Shown piece after piece: positions 60,646 to 64,000 of a stretch of DNA of 64,000 bases; positions within the stretch are counted from its first letter, which is position 1; the number at the start of each line of letters is the position of its first letter. The translations under genes and the position numbers were made by a program. The notes under the pieces were generated by a model, which saw only the letters and a list, made by a program, of their open reading frames with translations, was not told the origin of the DNA and searched no databases. This DNA is from Escherichia coli (GTDB lineage Bacteria > Pseudomonadota > Gammaproteobacteria > Enterobacterales > Enterobacteriaceae), in assembly GCF_024298765.1 (NCBI RefSeq), contig NZ_CP101210.1; one strand, 5' to 3'.

Positions 60646-61065
60646 TTAAAGAGATTCGTTCAGCCAGCTATCAAACGGCGCTTTCGGTACTGCGCCATTA
60701 AGCATGTCGACAACCTGACCGTTTTTGAAAATCATGATCGTCGGTATACTACGAATTCCAAAGTGACTGCTCAATTCACGTTCAGCTTCGGTATTCACTT
60801 TCACAAAGCGCACTTTACCGCTACGCTCTTGCGCGACATCTTCAAAAATTGGTGCGAAATTACGGCAGGGGCCGCACCACGGTGCCCAGAAGTCGATCAC
60901 CACAGGTAGATCATCTTTCAGCAATTTGTCGAGCGTTTCACCGGTCGCATTAATCACCTCTCCGTCAAACAAGTCGTGACCGCAGCGTCCGCATTTTGCC
61001 GCATCTTCGATCCGATCGTCGGGAATGCGATTGATGGCCTGACAATGGGTACAAACGGTATTCAT
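60646..61065 (-). CDS. trxC: Thioredoxin 2
   Basis: 139 aa, N-terminal zinc-finger cysteines and WCGPC active site. Confidence 0.95.
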   Translation of the reverse strand: MNTVCTHCQAINRIPDDRIEDAAKCGRCGHDLFDGEVINATGETLDKLLKDDLPVVIDFWAPWCGPCRNFAPIFEDVAQERSGKVRFVKVNTEAERELSSHFGIRSIPTIMIFKNGQVVDMLNGAVPKAPFDSWLNESL

Positions 61066-61271
61066 AACTAACCTCGGGATGAGTAAGGAGACTTATCGGC
61101 AACGACGCCGGTATGTTTCTAATATGTTACATATTATCGGGGACATTGTTCCAGACAACAATCTGTTTTATTCAATAGGTATGATAGTCGCAGGCTTTGG
61201 TACGAAATCATGGCGAACCGCGCGGACTTCGGGTAATCTGCGCGCTTCGCGCAGCGCTGGTGGAGAAAAGC

Positions 61272-62309
61272 ATGAACGATGAAATGAAAGGTAAAAGCGG
61301 CAAGGTCAAAGTGATGTATGTCCGCAGTGATGATGATTCTGATAAACGTACCCACAACCCGCGTACCGGGAAAGGGGGCGGGCGTCCAGGAAAATCTCGT
61401 GCTGACGGTGGCCGTCGCCCCGCCCGCGATGACAAACAGAGTCAGCCCCGTGACCGCAAGTGGGAAGAGTCGCCGTGGCGCACAGTTTCCCGCGCGCCGG
61501 GTGATGAGACGCCGGAAAAGGCCGATCACGGTGGCATCAGTGGTAAAAGTTTTATTGATCCGGAAGTGTTGCGTCGTCAGCGTGCGGAAGAAACCCGCGT
61601 CTACGGCGAAAATGCCTGTCAGGCACTGTTCCAGAGCCGTCCGGAAGCGATTGTTCGCGCCTGGTTTATCCAGAGTGTAACGCCGCGTTTTAAAGAAGCC
61701 TTGCGCTGGATGGCAGCAAACCGCAAAGCGTACCATGTGGTAGATGAAGCGGAACTGACAAAAGCGTCAGGCACGGAACATCACGGCGGCGTTTGCTTCC
61801 TGATCAAAAAGCGTAACGGTACAACCGTGCAGCAGTGGGTAAGCCAGGCAGGCGCGCAGGATTGTGTACTGGCGCTGGAAAACGAATCTAACCCGCATAA
61901 CCTGGGTGGCATGATGCGCAGCTGCGCGCACTTCGGCGTGAAAGGCGTTGTGGTGCAGGATGCGGCACTGCTGGAGTCGGGGGCGGCTATCCGTACCGCA
62001 GAAGGCGGCGCAGAGCACGTTCAGCCGATTACTGGCGACAACATTGTTAACGTGCTGGATGATTTCCGTCAGGCAGGTTACACCGTAGTGACCACTTCCA
62101 GCGAGCAGGGGAAACCGCTGTTCAAAACCAGTCTGCCAGCGAAAATGGTACTGGTGCTGGGTCAGGAATATGAAGGGTTACCGGATGCCGCACGCGATCC
62201 GAACGATTTGCGCGTGAAGATTGATGGTACTGGCAACGTTGCCGGGCTAAATATCTCTGTTGCAACCGGCGTTTTGCTTGGTGAATGGTGGCGTCAGAAT
62301 AAAGCCTGA
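61272..62309 (+). CDS. yfiF: SpoU-family RNA methyltransferase YfiF
   Basis: 345 aa from [14 protein letters not shown]; basic low-complexity N-terminus then SpoU-like domain. Confidence 0.9.
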   Translation: MNDEMKGKSGKVKVMYVRSDDDSDKRTHNPRTGKGGGRPGKSRADGGRRPARDDKQSQPRDRKWEESPWRTVSRAPGDETPEKADHGGISGKSFIDPEVLRRQRAEETRVYGENACQALFQSRPEAIVRAWFIQSVTPRFKEALRWMAANRKAYHVVDEAELTKASGTEHHGGVCFLIKKRNGTTVQQWVSQAGAQDCVLALENESNPHNLGGMMRSCAHFGVKGVVVQDAALLESGAAIRTAEGGAEHVQPITGDNIVNVLDDFRQAGYTVVTTSSEQGKPLFKTSLPAKMVLVLGQEYEGLPDAARDPNDLRVKIDGTGNVAGLNISVATGVLLGEWWRQNKA

Positions 62310-62356
62310 TAAATCAGCCGGGTGGCAACGCTGCCATCCGGCGTTTTCCTGCAAAT

Positions 62357-63046
62357 TTACTCACTTTCTGCCGGTAATACTGGCATCCAGTCAATCGGTT
62401 TCTCGCCACGTTGTTCCAGCCACTGATTTGCCAGCACAAAATGGTTGCAGCCAAAGAACCCACGATGCGCAGAAAGCGGTGATGGATGCGGCGCTTTCAG
62501 TATGTGATGGCGTTGCTTATCAATAATCGCCCCTTTCTTTTGCGCATGTGAGCCCCACAACAAAAACACCACGCCTTCGCGGTGCTGGTTAATCAGGCTG
62601 ATTACTTTATCGGTGAAGGTCTCCCAGCCGAGGCTGGCGTGGGAATGTGCCTGACCTGCGCGAACCGTCAACACAGTATTGAGTAGCAGAACGCCCTGAC
62701 GCGCCCAGCTTTCAAGATAACCATGATTAGGGCGGGTGAAACCGGGAATAGTATTTTCCAGCTCTTTATACATATTCAGCAGTGACGGCGGTGTCGCAAT
62801 GCCGGGGCGAACGGAAAATGCCAGACCATGCGCCTGTCCCGGTCCGTGATAAGGATCCTGGCCGAGAATCACCACTTTAACGTCACCCAACTCTGTAAAG
62901 CGGAACGCGTTAAAGACATCTTTTTGTGGCGGATAGATAGTGACGCCGGACTGCCGCTCGCTGGCGACGGTCTGTAGGGTATTAAGAAAATAGGGTTGCT
63001 GCTTCTCTTCAGCCAGCACATCATGCCAGGTTAATTCGTTTGCCAT
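62357..63046 (-). CDS. ung: Uracil-DNA glycosylase
   Basis: 229 aa [30 protein letters not shown] motif. Confidence 0.95.
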   Translation of the reverse strand: MANELTWHDVLAEEKQQPYFLNTLQTVASERQSGVTIYPPQKDVFNAFRFTELGDVKVVILGQDPYHGPGQAHGLAFSVRPGIATPPSLLNMYKELENTIPGFTRPNHGYLESWARQGVLLLNTVLTVRAGQAHSHASLGWETFTDKVISLINQHREGVVFLLWGSHAQKKGAIIDKQRHHILKAPHPSPLSAHRGFFGCNHFVLANQWLEQRGEKPIDWMPVLPAESE

Positions 63047-63350
63047 CTCGCTCTCCCGCGAATCTTCAATCCGCCTAGCTTAACTGCTTCTTTCTACAGA
63101 ACAAAATCATGCTCATTTTTTAGACTTAAACGAGTGCAAAAAAATGTAAATTGGTAAAATTTCACACCTGCATAAGTTGATGTAAAACAATAAAATCCAT
63201 TTGCAACCATACTTGATGTGTGGTTTTTATTGATTTAAATCAAAGATTCAAGGGTGTTTGAGGAGTATATATACACTCAAGCAACAATGGTTTTACCAAT
63301 TGGCCGCGACAGGCTGAACAAATCAAATAATTTTGCCGGGGAGGCATCAC

Positions 63351-63734
63351 ATGATTACAGGTATCCAGATTACTAAAGCCGCTAACGACGATCTGCTGAA
63401 CTCTTTCTGGCTGCTGGACAGCGAAAAAGGCGAAGCGCGTTGCATCGTTGCGAAAGCAGGTTTTGCAGAAGACGAAGTGGTTGCAGTAAGCAAACTGGGT
63501 GACATTGAGTACCGTGAAGTTCCAGTAGAAGTGAAACCAGAAGTTCGCGTTGAAGGTGGTCAACACCTGAACGTAAACGTTCTGCGTCGTGAAACTCTGG
63601 AAGATGCAGTTAAGCATCCGGAAAAATATCCGCAGCTGACCATCCGTGTATCCGGTTATGCAGTTCGCTTTAACTCTCTGACTCCGGAACAGCAGCGCGA
63701 CGTTATCGCTCGTACCTTTACTGAAAGCCTGTAA
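63351..63734 (+). CDS. grcA: Autonomous glycyl radical cofactor GrcA (YfiD)
   Basis: 127 aa from [13 protein letters not shown]; glycyl radical motif RVSGYAV. Confidence 0.95.
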
Positions 63735-63788
63735 GGCTTAAGTAGCAAGTTACTAAGCGGAAGAGGGCGACCTCTTCCGCTTTTTTCA

Positions 63789-64000
63789 TTAATAGAAAAT
63801 GCGTACCGCGCAATAGACCAGCAGCAGCGCGAGCACGATATTTAACTGGCGACCATACTGGCGAAACAATCGCTGAAACAGGTGCCCCGCCAGCGCCCAG
63901 CACACATTGCCAAACGTCCCAATCACCGCCAGCAAAACGCTGACGCCAATTATCCAGCTTAGCGCCTGCGTTTGCGGCAGGACAAACGTCGACAGTGCTG
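63789..64000 (-). CDS. eamB: Cysteine/O-acetylserine exporter EamB (YfiK), C-terminal part (5' end outside window)
   Basis: Minus-strand frame ends ...GRQLNIVLALLLVYCAVRIFY-stop, matching the EamB C-terminus as recalled; open to the window edge. Confidence 0.7.
   Translation of the reverse strand, partial: ALSTFVLPQTQALSWIIGVSVLLAVIGTFGNVCWALAGHLFQRLFRQYGRQLNIVLALLLVYCAVRIFY

Overview
Enterobacterial (Escherichia-type) chromosome segment, colinear with the E. coli K-12 ssrA-to-eamB region but in reverse orientation. Positions 1 to about 22390 are the right arm of a prophage abutting the 3' end of the tmRNA gene ssrA: partial large terminase, HK97-type head genes (portal, protease, capsid), a Mu-type contractile tail and baseplate, an invertible tail-fibre segment with a Pin-family invertase, then a low-GC cargo block with an orphan GIY-YIG nuclease gene and an EcoRII-type restriction-modification pair. 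The remaining 41 kb is conserved core genome (smpB, ratAB, bamE, recN, nadK, grpE, ffh, rpsP-rimM-trmD-rplS, yfiBNR, aroF-tyrA, pheLA, raiA, bamD, rluD, yfiH, clpB, an rRNA operon, kgtP, pssA, patZ, trxC, ung, grcA, eamB 3' end). The one interruption is an IS4 copy with a frameshifted transposase inserted in the bamD terminator. The best candidate for something undescribed is the orphan GIY-YIG gene (18299..19072) sitting where e14-like prophages carry mcrA; its function cannot be assigned from sequence alone. All identifications are from reading the translations and sequence by eye; no database search was run.
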